The notes below the pieces were generated by a model. That model saw only the letters and a list, made by a program, of their open reading frames with translations, did no database searches and was not told the origin of the DNA. A stretch of 64,000 nucleotides of DNA from a virus, in the IMG/VR virus record IMGVR_UViG_3300025769_014365, positions 32,196-96,195 of that record, one strand, 5' to 3'. The translations under genes were made by a program, and so were the position numbers. Shown here piece after piece: positions 9,103 to 19,248 of the stretch (its first letter is position 1; each line of letters starts with the position of its first letter).

Positions 9103-10448
9103 TCCAATGCTTTCTTGTTCTTGCGCAATATTTTCTTTATGTCTGTGCCACGTATGCGATCTAGCCTTTCGATCTCTGCCTTGCCGTCCTTTTGACCTTT
9201 CTTGTACACACCCTCGTCATAGACTAGTTCATTGTTCCTCTTCTGTCTCTGCATCTCATCCAACTGTGAGAAGAAATTGTTCAAATTCTTATTCTTGTAT
9301 TTGATCGTTTTCTCCCTCACGTCGTCTATGATCTCACTCATGATGTCGTACGGCATGAACAACGGTGCCATGGCATTGTCCTCTGAGAAGTTGAAGACCT
9401 GCTTGGTCAGGAGTTCTATATCCAGTTCATTGCTGAGCAAAACCATGTTTTCAAGATCAAACAATCCTGGCATGGTTATCGTGAGGTCCAACTGTATCCG
9501 CTGATGCTGGCCTTTTACATACTTCAAACCATACCTCATGTTTTCTAACCATTCCGAGTACTTCAATCCTGTCCTGATGTACTCTCCCACCTGCCCTGTA
9601 CCGTCAATGGACGCACAGATCTGGAATTGTGGATAGTGTTTCAGTATGTCATCAAACAAGTTTTTACCATAGAAGTTTATTCGGCTCATGTTGGAATTAT
9701 ATCTGGCCAGCACCCTGTCTGAGTATCCTAGTTCTTTGATCCGCTCCATTGCTGTCCAGTGTATTTTCCACATTAATGGCTCTCCTCCACACCAGTACAA
9801 CTCCGTGATCCTTTTTTGCTCAACCGCTGACGTGAACTCTTTGACCACTTGCTGATCATGAAATCTTTCTAATTTTTCTTTTATGTCTTTCCTACCCCAT
9901 ATCCTGTGGTTCTTGTAAACGTACTCTGGGTCGATTTGCACTCCCTCCACGCCCAGACCGTGCTTCTTGTTCTCGGCCTCCCACGTACTGCTCAACATGT
10001 CACCACACATCCTACAACTGAAGTTACAGAGATTAGAGAAACGATAATCAAAACTCTGCACCTTCATGCTCGTCGCACCAGTATCATCCGTAGTGTCAAA
10101 CGCTTCGTCCACTTTGTGCCTGTACAAGTGGTTGAAGTGTTGCCTGTACACTTGTTCGTTCAACAACTTGTCATTGCACACAGCACACTGAGGTATCTCC
10201 TCTCCTGCGAGCAACTTCTGTCTCACACTCCTCATGTATGGCGAGTTCCAATGCTCGTCGAGTGTTGATAGATTGAGGGTATCGTTGTGCCCCGAGGGAT
10301 CCATGGTGTCAATGTACTGTTTGAAGTTTGTCGATGATTCCCTAGAACTGCAACACAGTCTTCTTTCCATCTGCGGAGACAGGTATGTGTGGGTCCACGG
10401 CGCCATGCAGAAGGTCTTGTTGCCTTCTGAAGGTTTAATCCGTTTCAT
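9084..10448 (-). CDS. radical SAM protein with N-terminal twitch/SPASM-like domain
   Basis: CMAPWTH...LCC, CAVC, CNFSCRMC, GGEPL. Confidence 0.9.
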   Translation of the reverse strand: MKRIKPSEGNKTFCMAPWTHTYLSPQMERRLCCSSRESSTNFKQYIDTMDPSGHNDTLNLSTLDEHWNSPYMRSVRQKLLAGEEIPQCAVCNDKLLNEQVYRQHFNHLYRHKVDEAFDTTDDTGATSMKVQSFDYRFSNLCNFSCRMCGDMLSSTWEAENKKHGLGVEGVQIDPEYVYKNHRIWGRKDIKEKLERFHDQQVVKEFTSAVEQKRITELYWCGGEPLMWKIHWTAMERIKELGYSDRVLARYNSNMSRINFYGKNLFDDILKHYPQFQICASIDGTGQVGEYIRTGLKYSEWLENMRYGLKYVKGQHQRIQLDLTITMPGLFDLENMVLLSNELDIELLTKQVFNFSEDNAMAPLFMPYDIMSEIIDDVREKTIKYKNKNLNNFFSQLDEMQRQKRNNELVYDEGVYKKGQKDGKAEIERLDRIRGTDIKKILRKNKKALEWWTSI

Positions 10449-11718
10449 ACAATTCCTTCAATTCTGGAAAGGTATCCAGCATGTCCTCGTCTCGGATGTC
10501 ATCTAGCCTTTTCATCCAGCTCTTGAACTGATCTATGTGCTCATAGTTGTCCCTGCGCATCATGTAATCTATTCCTGACTGGAAACCCTTCGTGGCCCTT
10601 GTTAGTGGATCCAGGGGTGCCAGCCATTCCAAGTGCTTCTCTATCTTGGCCTTGATTTTCTCTTTGTATGACAGAGGGGCAAGGTCTATCCTCTGCCCAA
10701 AAGGAGACTGCAACAGATTGAAATTGAAATCCTGTGGTTTGAGCAGACCCATGTCCACCCAGTTCCTGTGGAAGTCAGTTATGTGCCAGGCATTGATAAG
10801 TCCCACAGTGGAACTGATGTAGAAGTCCACCTGCGGACACACTTCCAACATCCTTTTCCTGTTGGCCACCACGTCCTCCCATACTGTGCCTTTCCTCATG
10901 AGTTCTGCACGTTTTCCTTCCGCGTCTAGGCTCGCACCTATAGAGACCGTGTCAAACTTTTTCCACAATTCTAGCACGTCCATGTCCTTGAACTTTGTCT
11001 TGGTGAAATTGGTGTTGTATATCAGTCTCACGTGATACATCTTTCTCTTGTCCAGTTCTTTCAGTATCCTGTAGTGTTCCTCCATTATCAAAGGTTCACC
11101 ACCTGCGAAATAGAACTGTTCCACGTGATCGAACTGTGCCAACATCTGTTGCCATATGTCATCGGAATTTCTGCCAACACGCAATATCTTGGCATGTTTT
11201 GGAGGTTCACCCGCCAGTTTCTTATGGTCCTCGTACCAGTTTGAACTGAACCATGTGCCACAACTCCTGCAGGCCAGGTTACACAGGTTGCTGAATCGTA
11301 TGTCCCAATACTTGATAACGAAGTCTGCGCTTCCGTCCTCCTTGGTGTTGTCCACCATTCCTATGTTGTGTCCAAAATGCTTGTTGGAACTCATACGTAG
11401 ACTGAAGAATCCTGACTTCTCTTGATCATAACACTTAGTGCAGTTCTTACTCGGTTTGTTTGACAGCATGTTCTGTCTCAACTGCCTCATGTCTTTGCCA
11501 TTGAATACCGTCTCCATGGAATCTTCGTTGAGGTTGCCAACTGGGTATTCGTCTATGGCGAAACAACAGGGATAGGCCCGTCCATCGGGGAAGGCATGAA
11601 GATGCAACCATGGCATCATGCAGAACGTTTCACTGTCTATCAACAGCTCGCGCTGTCTGTCGGTCATGTCTTTTATTTTTAACTTCTCGGGCTCTTTGGC
11701 CCCATAATCATATGCCAC
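10435..11718 (-). CDS. radical SAM protein with N-terminal twitch/SPASM-like domain
   Basis: CMMPWLH...PCC, CTKC, CNLACRSC, GGEPL, YNTN. Confidence 0.9.
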   Translation of the reverse strand: MAYDYGAKEPEKLKIKDMTDRQRELLIDSETFCMMPWLHLHAFPDGRAYPCCFAIDEYPVGNLNEDSMETVFNGKDMRQLRQNMLSNKPSKNCTKCYDQEKSGFFSLRMSSNKHFGHNIGMVDNTKEDGSADFVIKYWDIRFSNLCNLACRSCGTWFSSNWYEDHKKLAGEPPKHAKILRVGRNSDDIWQQMLAQFDHVEQFYFAGGEPLIMEEHYRILKELDKRKMYHVRLIYNTNFTKTKFKDMDVLELWKKFDTVSIGASLDAEGKRAELMRKGTVWEDVVANRKRMLEVCPQVDFYISSTVGLINAWHITDFHRNWVDMGLLKPQDFNFNLLQSPFGQRIDLAPLSYKEKIKAKIEKHLEWLAPLDPLTRATKGFQSGIDYMMRRDNYEHIDQFKSWMKRLDDIRDEDMLDTFPELKELYETD

Positions 11719-13063
11719 GGTACCATTCTCCTATTATTGGGAAAGTCTTTTCAAAGTCTTTTCCTGATCGCTTGTCGTATTGGCTGTAGAACGCCTTGAA
11801 GTCTTTTTGTAACTTTTCCTGGGTGGCCGCACCCGCATGCGGTGTTTTGACAACATCCAAGTAATCTATCAGCCTCTGTGTTTGATTCACTTCCATGCCC
11901 TCCAGCCATTTCTCATGGGTATTTAAAAATTTTACCAAGTCCCCTTTAAATTTATTCCTCAGGTCGTCTGGTAAAACAAGCGGTGATTGAAAGCTCGGAA
12001 ATCTCAGTATGTTCAGTGTGTAGTTCAAACTCGGCCCATACACCTTGGCCGCATTTTTAAACCATACAATTTTCTCAAGGAATTCAGGTAATGTTTCCAA
12101 GCAAAGTGCGTTGATCGTTGCCATGTTGTGTATTTCAGAAGGAATTTTATCAACCATCATGTGTAGCAGATTGGAATGCCATGAACTGAAGTCAAGTCCG
12201 TCCCTGATGTATTCAGCCTGTGAGAAAGTCGCTTCACAACTGGTGTACAGATGGAAGTTTTTGAAATCTTTGAGTTTTGTTTTGAACCTATCGATTATGC
12301 TCTGCTTGGCACCCAAGTTGGAGTTTATCGCTATTCGCATGTTGGGATTCATTTTGTCGCCCTGTGTCTCTATCCAATCCAACAGTCTCCATAGGTTAGG
12401 TGACATCATGGGTTCTCCGCCAGTGATCCGTAATTCATCCAAACTCTTGTGTAGATCTGATTCCCACCATCGGTAGAACGCCTCCACGTAGGGATTGGTC
12501 TCGTCCTTCTTGTATGGTTCTGCGGAGTCGTGTGCGTGTGTGAAATGATCGCGCCCATCTGTGGCCAGCCCTGTGTATGGTCCTTGTCTCTTGATATTGT
12601 TTGCCCATGTGGAACTGAACGCGGGGTTACAGTATGTACAGGCAAAGTTACAGGTCCTGTCAAATGCTATCTCCAATGTTTTAAGATTCACGTTATCCTC
12701 ATAGGGTGATTCATAGGCCTTCTGTAGATCCTCGTTGGAGAAGATTTTTGATTTATATACCCTGTCACTGATGTTGTCCCTGGCTATGTCCTCGATCTTC
12801 CAGCAGTACTCACACCCTGCAGGTCTTTCGCCACACTGCATCTGTTTGCGTTCTGCTTTCTTTTGTTTTGTGTTGTGTATCGCACTCGGATTGGTCTTTA
12901 TCTCTTCCAGGTCTATCTTGTGTGGCAAAGGATGGTGACAACTGGTGGTCATGCCACTGCCAAGCCAGATGGTTGCGTTATACCACTTGGCTCCGCAAAA
13001 ACTCGCGCTCTTTGTGTCTAGTATTTTCTTTTTATACTCGAGATCTTCCATCTTTTCCTTCAA
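11708..13063 (-). CDS. radical SAM protein (second subtype, C.AKW...SCHHP N-terminus)
   Basis: CGAKWY...SCHHP, CEYCW, CNFACTYC, GGEPM. Confidence 0.9.
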   Translation of the reverse strand: MKEKMEDLEYKKKILDTKSASFCGAKWYNATIWLGSGMTTSCHHPLPHKIDLEEIKTNPSAIHNTKQKKAERKQMQCGERPAGCEYCWKIEDIARDNISDRVYKSKIFSNEDLQKAYESPYEDNVNLKTLEIAFDRTCNFACTYCNPAFSSTWANNIKRQGPYTGLATDGRDHFTHAHDSAEPYKKDETNPYVEAFYRWWESDLHKSLDELRITGGEPMMSPNLWRLLDWIETQGDKMNPNMRIAINSNLGAKQSIIDRFKTKLKDFKNFHLYTSCEATFSQAEYIRDGLDFSSWHSNLLHMMVDKIPSEIHNMATINALCLETLPEFLEKIVWFKNAAKVYGPSLNYTLNILRFPSFQSPLVLPDDLRNKFKGDLVKFLNTHEKWLEGMEVNQTQRLIDYLDVVKTPHAGAATQEKLQKDFKAFYSQYDKRSGKDFEKTFPIIGEWYRGI

Positions 13064-13778
13064 AATAATTTTTTAACTTGCTGTATTCGTCTTCCGGACA
13101 GACAATGTCACTCTCGAACATGATGTCCTTGACCCAATGGTAGTGTGCTATTGGCGGAGGGTGGGACTCATTCTTAATGTAATACTCCCTGTAATTATCC
13201 TCCGCAAACTCCGATAGCCCTTGCCTGTCTTTGTAGAAAGTGAATTTCGTCCAATCTATTTCATTGGTCAAGGCACGTTCACTTTCACTGTGAGGTTCGT
13301 CACGTAACACAAACTTGTTGAATATCATCATTGTGTAGGGTATTTTCTTTCTGTCAAGAAACAGTTGGGTCCTCAAAATCTGTTCCAACGTCCTATACTG
13401 TTGATGTTGCTCGTTAAGAAAATGCCTTTGATAGTACTCATGCTTTTCCGCAAGCCTGTGTCCTCCGAACCAGGTGCTCCATTTGTAATCGTCATCCCAC
13501 ACCCTGTAGGTTATTCTGCCATCTAAGTGATCGACGTCTTCATCCAAAGTTATAACTTCATATCTATCTACCCCTGACCACATGACGTACATGTGATCTA
13601 TGTTCTTGTATTTCATCGCACTGTTTATACAGGCACGAGCTATGGTCTCGTTGCCGGACGCGGATCTTCCGTGGTTCAGAATGTCTTTGCCACCGTTGAA
13701 CCATGGCACGAACTTGGGCCAACATGGCCATTTGTACCGCGTGAAACTGCAACCGTGCGCAATGGTCTTGTCAGGCAT
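13032..13778 (-). CDS. SGNH-hydrolase-like protein
   Basis: HGCSFT, SASGNETI, C-terminal ESHP; paralogous to 7146-7943. Confidence 0.55.
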   Translation of the reverse strand: MPDKTIAHGCSFTRYKWPCWPKFVPWFNGGKDILNHGRSASGNETIARACINSAMKYKNIDHMYVMWSGVDRYEVITLDEDVDHLDGRITYRVWDDDYKWSTWFGGHRLAEKHEYYQRHFLNEQHQQYRTLEQILRTQLFLDRKKIPYTMMIFNKFVLRDEPHSESERALTNEIDWTKFTFYKDRQGLSEFAEDNYREYYIKNESHPPPIAHYHWVKDIMFESDIVCPEDEYSKLKNYFEGKDGRSRV

Positions 13779-15141
13779 TCCTGCACTCCTCCCAGAACTC
13801 TTCCATTTCAGGGAAAATGTTCATGAAGTTCGTACTCCTCCTGCGATCGTGTTCGTTGAAGAAGGCATAGAAGTTCTTCTTTTGCTTGGTTCCTGTGTCC
13901 GCATTGTCTCGCCAGTATTTCAGATTACGTTGCATTTTCTGTATTTCAAAATCATTGAATCTACGGAATCTATTTTCATTGCCAGAATGCTTTCGCATGT
14001 ACTCGATGTTTTCCTCATGAATCATTTGATACGATTCCGGTAACAGTGTTATCTGTTGCCATGCTGGTTGCCTCAGCAAGGGTATGTCAAACCAGATCCG
14101 TTGGTAAGTTGTGCTGTATTTGCCTCGAAGTTCCAGTATCTTTTCTAAGAGTTTGTCAAGGCTGGTCACGCTGAGATTGTTGTATGTGCAGATGAATGTG
14201 ATCGAATTCCTACGTGGTATGCGATCAAGGAACTCCTCCACGTTGTCCATCATGTAGTTGAAGTCCAGCCCATTCCTTATGTACTCTGCTCTTTTGCCAA
14301 ACCCGTCAACACTGACAAACTGCATCATGTGTTCCACTTTGTCCTCCATGCAGATGTTCTTGGCCATGTTGAAATACTTTTGTTTGAGTTTTGGGTCAGC
14401 GGGACACATGTTGGACGTCACGTTCAAGTGCAGGTCATTCTTGGGATGGTCTATTATGTACTGTAATACCTTGTAGGTGTTGGGATCCATCATGGGCTCT
14501 CCCCCGGTCATACGGAAGTGTTTGAGATTCTTGTAAAGGGTGGGCCACCATCTCCAGAACGCTGTGACGTAGGGATTCTCTTCCCTGTTGGGTATTGGTC
14601 TGTTGCGTCCTTGGAAATGCTCTGGCATGTTGTGTGGTGGAGAAGTGGGGTATTCACCATAACGCTCTACTTCTTTGCCCCACGTGGTGGAAAACTGTGG
14701 TGAACAGTAACTGCATTTCAAGTTGCAGGCATGGTTGAAGTTGACTTCTACGTAACGTGGAGTCCATTTGTCATCCAGAGGGTTCTTGCGGATCTCGTCG
14801 AAATCCTGCATGGCCCATGGTTCGCCTGACCTGTAGTGCCTATCACTCATCTCCCCTGTCTTTTCTATGTTCCAGCAGTAGGAACAGCCTTCGGGCTGTT
14901 TGCCCTCCAACATCTCCTTCCTCTGTTGCAGTTTCTCCGCGGTGTTGTGCAGTCCCGCTGGATTGTAGTTGAGCTTGTTTGGATTGATGTTGTGCAGTGG
15001 TGGATGATAACAACTGTTCGTTAGTCCCGTGGGCAGGTGTAGTGACGTTTGGTTCCATTTGGCCAGACACATGGTTGGCGATATCGTGGCGAGTTTTTGC
15101 TTGGCCTTGTCAGCATCAGATTTGTAATCACTTGTACTCAC
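13771..15141 (-). CDS. radical SAM protein (second subtype)
   Basis: CLAKW...SCYHP, CSYCW, CNLKCSYC, GGEPM. Confidence 0.9.
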   Translation of the reverse strand: MSTSDYKSDADKAKQKLATISPTMCLAKWNQTSLHLPTGLTNSCYHPPLHNINPNKLNYNPAGLHNTAEKLQQRKEMLEGKQPEGCSYCWNIEKTGEMSDRHYRSGEPWAMQDFDEIRKNPLDDKWTPRYVEVNFNHACNLKCSYCSPQFSTTWGKEVERYGEYPTSPPHNMPEHFQGRNRPIPNREENPYVTAFWRWWPTLYKNLKHFRMTGGEPMMDPNTYKVLQYIIDHPKNDLHLNVTSNMCPADPKLKQKYFNMAKNICMEDKVEHMMQFVSVDGFGKRAEYIRNGLDFNYMMDNVEEFLDRIPRRNSITFICTYNNLSVTSLDKLLEKILELRGKYSTTYQRIWFDIPLLRQPAWQQITLLPESYQMIHEENIEYMRKHSGNENRFRRFNDFEIQKMQRNLKYWRDNADTGTKQKKNFYAFFNEHDRRRSTNFMNIFPEMEEFWEECRNA

Positions 15142-16051
15142 GGTCTTGTACTCCTCTGTTCCTGTGTTCGGGCATTGTGAATTTGAAGAAACGACTGTCT
15201 TCCGCTGTGAAATCCGCTATGGGCACGTCCAACCTCTGTTTGATGCTCTCGCCATACGCCTGGATCTCATCGTCTATGTTGTTGACATCTATTTTGCTCA
15301 AAAACACGTCTTTCATTCCATTGATGTCGCTGATGTCGTGTTGCTCATTGCTTCCTATCACTGTGTTGTAAAGTCCCATCCTGGCACCGAGGATTGCGTA
15401 TTTGCCGTTCTCTACGTCTGCCCCCACCGTCATCCAGGTGCTTAACACACGGAGGTTAGGAGGCCATATCGTTTTATTGAAACCGTTGGCCGGTATTGGT
15501 TTGCCCTTGTCAAGTCCCATCTTCACGCCCTCCCTGTATCCAGCGGTAAACGCCTGGTACTTTTCTGCATTTATCACTGTGGTCGAATAGCAGTTGTGTA
15601 GGTTTTCATGCGGCACTCCCCAACAGAAATCCAACTTGTTCTCTTCGGTGTCCGCGTTTTCGTGTGTCCTCATGGTCAGACAGGTCTGCTTGGGCCATCC
15701 TACTAATCCACCATTGCCGTACACCAACCCATTCACGTTGTTTTTAGCACGCCACCTATGTACCGCTTCCGGATTACTCTTGCTCCAATCCAACGTCTCG
15801 AGCAGGAATTTTTCGTCTATGACGTTGTCACCGTCCACCGAAATAAAGAAATCAGTCTCCGCCAGTTCCGCGGCGGCCTTGTGCGCAGAATCGAACCCCA
15901 CAACTCCGTCAACACGTTTGGCCCACGGCACCTTGTTTTTTAGATCTGCCCAATTCAGTTCCTTGTTGGGTTCTCTGAAACTTATGTACACGAAATCTAG
16001 ATCGCTGATCCTCACACGTTTGGACCTATCTGTGTTAAATGTGTTATTCAT
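15128..16051 (-). CDS. glycosyltransferase-like protein (GT-A fold)
   Basis: DFVYISFREP, GFDSAHKAAA, FISVDGD (DxD), NGLVYGNGG. Confidence 0.7.
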   Translation of the reverse strand: MNNTFNTDRSKRVRISDLDFVYISFREPNKELNWADLKNKVPWAKRVDGVVGFDSAHKAAAELAETDFFISVDGDNVIDEKFLLETLDWSKSNPEAVHRWRAKNNVNGLVYGNGGLVGWPKQTCLTMRTHENADTEENKLDFCWGVPHENLHNCYSTTVINAEKYQAFTAGYREGVKMGLDKGKPIPANGFNKTIWPPNLRVLSTWMTVGADVENGKYAILGARMGLYNTVIGSNEQHDISDINGMKDVFLSKIDVNNIDDEIQAYGESIKQRLDVPIADFTAEDSRFFKFTMPEHRNRGVQDREYK

Positions 16052-16062
16052 TTCTTTTCACC

Positions 16063-16386
16063 TTACTCGTACTCGAGTAACCATGCCTTCCCCCCATCCA
16101 CAATTCCTACGGGCCAATGTATGTCTCCATCCAAGAACACGTAACCTTTGTGTGGGCTCGATATCAACTCAGAATACTGTGTCTTTGCCTTGGGTACTTT
16201 TGGAGGTTTCACGATTACCTCTGTTTTTCCATCCGCGTAAGACAGTGTGTAGTGTTGGGTACCCCGTGACATTATCTCTAATTTCTTGTCCAGTGAGACT
16301 TCCACTTGTTTGCCTTCCACATCAACGAAATGCTTCTTGATCGGCCTGACCTTTAGATTGTCGAGTGCTTTAAAAATTTCTGACAT
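16063..16386 (-). CDS. hypothetical protein (likely start MSEIF at 16386)
   Basis: In-operon ORF overlapping the upstream stop; no motif recognised. Confidence 0.6.
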   Translation of the reverse strand: MSEIFKALDNLKVRPIKKHFVDVEGKQVEVSLDKKLEIMSRGTQHYTLSYADGKTEVIVKPPKVPKAKTQYSELISSPHKGYVFLDGDIHWPVGIVDGGKAWLLEYE

Positions 16387-17164
16387 TGATCTCCTTGTCA
16401 AAGTAGTGCCATGGCCTCGACACACGTTTCTCACCCAGGTAAACGGCGTCTCCTGTCCTGTTTGGGAATAAGAAGTTGTTTTGGTCCCTGACCCAGTTTA
16501 GATTGTTCACGCCCGGCTTATGGTGCAGGAACTTGAACCAATCATAATTTATGAGCTGTTGGTTCGTGGGGTCCAGTATCCTGTAGGCCAACGCGAACAC
16601 GACATCAGTGCTTGGGTAGGTGTCATGACAGTTTATCAACATGTGCTCCTTGACTTCGTTCCACTTGTATGTGATTTGTTCCGCCAGTTCAAAGAATCTC
16701 TTTGCCCTCTCCGATCTGCGGAAGTACATCAGACCGTTGTATATGTTGGGCAAATGATTCCTCTCGAACAGAGACCTGTAGGGCGTGTGCTTGATCACCC
16801 GATCCTTGTAGTCCCTGCAGTCAACACTGAACACAATGTCATGTTGCCACAGATGGTACCACCACCAGTCCGTGTTGGTCGTCCACAGCATGTCTGCCTC
16901 GAGTTTTATCGTGTGTTCGAACGGCGTCCACCAACAGGCCTTGTGCTCGTTCGCCCATTTGATATCATGGTCTTTGGCGTCATCTTCGTCCAGGACCTGC
17001 ACCACATCGACCGCTTCGTGTTCGAACTTGCTTTTCTCATCGGTGATTACACACACCTTGTTTTCACGATTCCATTTTTTTATGGACTTGGCCAATCTTA
17101 TAGATAATTCCACGTAATCGGTGGTATCGTTGTTCTGGGCGAACCACAGGAATCCTTTAGACAT
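16370..17164 (-). CDS. glycosyltransferase-like protein (GT-A/GT8-like)
   Basis: KGFLWFAQN...YVELSIRLAKSIK, TPFEHTIKLEADML (DxD-like), YNGLMYFR. Confidence 0.6.
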   Translation of the reverse strand: MSKGFLWFAQNNDTTDYVELSIRLAKSIKKWNRENKVCVITDEKSKFEHEAVDVVQVLDEDDAKDHDIKWANEHKACWWTPFEHTIKLEADMLWTTNTDWWWYHLWQHDIVFSVDCRDYKDRVIKHTPYRSLFERNHLPNIYNGLMYFRRSERAKRFFELAEQITYKWNEVKEHMLINCHDTYPSTDVVFALAYRILDPTNQQLINYDWFKFLHHKPGVNNLNWVRDQNNFLFPNRTGDAVYLGEKRVSRPWHYFDKEINVRNF

Positions 17165-17906
17165 TGGCTATCTCCTTGTTCAAGACGTGTACATCTTGGT
17201 TGACCGTGTGCATGATCTTGTCATCTCCCCGCCATGCCAGTCCGTTGGAACTGATAGACAACACCTCACAGTCAGGTGGAAGTGTGGGTAATCTCATCGG
17301 CAGAGTCTCGTATTCCATGAATCCATTTATCTGTTCCAACGCTATCGCAAAAGCGTAATCGTTGCGGAAATTCTTGCTGTAGATCCTGTAGATCTCATTG
17401 AAGTAAGGGTAATACTCCTTTACATACCTGACCATGTCGAATATCATTTTGGCTTTTTCAGTTTTCCGGAACACCAACACCGTGGCCCATACCATGTCTA
17501 TCATGCTCCAACGCCTGAGATCAAAACTATTACGTCCGGTCAGGTCATAGGCCTGCTTGGATACGAGGAAATCATACTTGGTGTCCATGAATTGCCTTAG
17601 GTTGTCAGTGAATGGAAGGTAGTCTATGTCCATCACCAATGTGGTGTCATACGGAGACAGGTCATATGACATGTGCCTGTCCACGTTGCGCCATTGTTTG
17701 CCGTTCTTGGTGTTGCCCGTCTCTGGCTTGATGAACCTGTAATCCACCTGATCTAATGATCCCAGATGCTTGTGCGTGTGTCGATCGGTGACCACCGTCA
17801 CGGGCAGTCTCAGATTGGACTTGACCAGTGCTACACAGCGTGTGAGTATCTTATGGTATTTGACATCTGACGTGTCAAAGCAGTAAAGTAGAACTCCCTT
17901 GGTCAT
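17157..17906 (-). CDS. glycosyltransferase-like protein, paralogue of the downstream gene
   Basis: KGVLLY, SPYDTTLVMDIDY (DxD), WATVLVFRK, FRNDYAF. Confidence 0.6.
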   Translation of the reverse strand: MTKGVLLYCFDTSDVKYHKILTRCVALVKSNLRLPVTVVTDRHTHKHLGSLDQVDYRFIKPETGNTKNGKQWRNVDRHMSYDLSPYDTTLVMDIDYLPFTDNLRQFMDTKYDFLVSKQAYDLTGRNSFDLRRWSMIDMVWATVLVFRKTEKAKMIFDMVRYVKEYYPYFNEIYRIYSKNFRNDYAFAIALEQINGFMEYETLPMRLPTLPPDCEVLSISSNGLAWRGDDKIMHTVNQDVHVLNKEIANV

Positions 17907-18241
17907 CAGTCATCTCTTTTCTCAAAACTCTCAGCCAACTGGTGATACGCACCCAGCGCCTCTTGGTTCCTGGCCACCAGTATGTCCAAGAATTCACTGG
18001 CATCCTTTATCTCCACAGGGTTCTGGTTGCTGTCCAACACGAAGAAGTTGTCGTGCCTGCTTTTGAGTGTGTTTACGAGATTGATTGTCTCAGCATCTGC
18101 CCGGAATATGTGTTCGTTGTACACAACCACCATGCGCGAGTGAGCCTTCTCCAGGGCGTTGCGCTTGGCCAGTGCCCGGTCATAGGATAGTCCGGACTGT
18201 CGTTTCAGTTCCTTCAGTCGCTCGAGTTCTTTGCTGTCCAT
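17906..18241 (-). CDS. hypothetical protein
   Basis: In-operon ORF with a 1-nt overlap. Confidence 0.65.
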   Translation of the reverse strand: MDSKELERLKELKRQSGLSYDRALAKRNALEKAHSRMVVVYNEHIFRADAETINLVNTLKSRHDNFFVLDSNQNPVEIKDASEFLDILVARNQEALGAYHQLAESFEKRDD

Positions 18242-18290
18242 AACACTATTTTACAGTAATTATGGTGCCAGAGCAACCTGAATAAAATTA

Positions 18291-19241
18291 TTATGATTGG
18301 GTGTTGCTTACTTCTGCGTTGGAACTGACCCTGATCGCTGAAGCCAATCCCTCGGTGTTGTTGGGGTATCCTTCAGTCAATGTCAGTGTCATGATCGGCG
18401 CCTCGTTGGGGTTGGCCGGCACACCGTCTGTGTTGCCTGCGGTGTAGGTGGTGTCCGCCGCTGGGTCTGAGGCTATCTGCTTGATGGTCATCGTGACAGC
18501 AGTTCCCACAGCCGCGTTCAGTTTGGCCTGTATCTCCAGTGTGTCTGAAGTGTAACCCGCGTTGTCAGAAGTCAGTTTCAGTATCGTGGTGTATGATGTT
18601 GTCAGGTCATGGAATCCGTTCGCCAATCCATTGGTGGTCAGTGTTTCGCCTGATCCCGATCTGGTCGAAGCATGTGCCTTGATGTCTATGTTGCCCACTG
18701 CTGTGCAGAGGTCATTGAACACAGTGTCCTTGAGGCCGTCGATCCCCGTGGTAGCCGATGGCGTGACCCTGATGTATCCGCCTGCGTTGAAGTAGTGTCT
18801 CATGGTGTCCGCAGATGCGAACGTCACTGATCTCTCAATGGTGGAAGTCGAGTTCCACGTGGCCGAGTTCGAACTGGCTCCCGCCGCCGCTGTCGATATC
18901 GCAGTGGCCGATGGTGATCCCGCCGCTACCGCGGCCGCCAGTGTGGCCAGGTCCGTCTCCAGTGCGGCCTTGATCGCAATGGTGTCACCCGCTGAAACCG
19001 ATGTAGAAGTGATGCTTGAATTTGTGTGATTGGCTATGTTGTCCAGACCAGTGAACAGGCTGTTCCACTGTGATGCCTGTACCGTGTTGCCCGCAGATAC
19101 CGTGGATATCGACGCTTGTCCAAGACCGTACTCTCCAGATCCTGTGCCCGCGAAATGGTTGTAACCGTACGGACTGACCGCACTGCCTACGAATGTGTTG
19201 TATTCATCATCTAATATTGTGTCACCTGCTTGATATGCCAT
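18291..19241 (-). CDS. virion structural protein (tail/fibre associated)
   Basis: Thr/Ser/Ala/Gly-rich, MAY.. start shared with neighbouring fibre genes, RHYFNAGG motif. Confidence 0.65.
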   Translation of the reverse strand: MAYQAGDTILDDEYNTFVGSAVSPYGYNHFAGTGSGEYGLGQASISTVSAGNTVQASQWNSLFTGLDNIANHTNSSITSTSVSAGDTIAIKAALETDLATLAAAVAAGSPSATAISTAAAGASSNSATWNSTSTIERSVTFASADTMRHYFNAGGYIRVTPSATTGIDGLKDTVFNDLCTAVGNIDIKAHASTRSGSGETLTTNGLANGFHDLTTSYTTILKLTSDNAGYTSDTLEIQAKLNAAVGTAVTMTIKQIASDPAADTTYTAGNTDGVPANPNEAPIMTLTLTEGYPNNTEGLASAIRVSSNAEVSNTQS

Positions 19242-19248
19242 GTTTTTT

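Noticed and set aside
7936-15141. Housekeeping radical SAMs (MoaA, PqqE, QueE, anaerobic RNR activase) or a RiPP cluster
   Set aside because: The domain order differs, partner pathway genes are absent, and no convincing precursor, peptidase or transporter was seen
371-18241. Bacterial LPS/O-antigen locus or chimeric assembly
   Set aside because: The block is contiguous and co-directional with phage tail genes, has phage-style overlaps, and lacks wzx/wzy/ABC export genes
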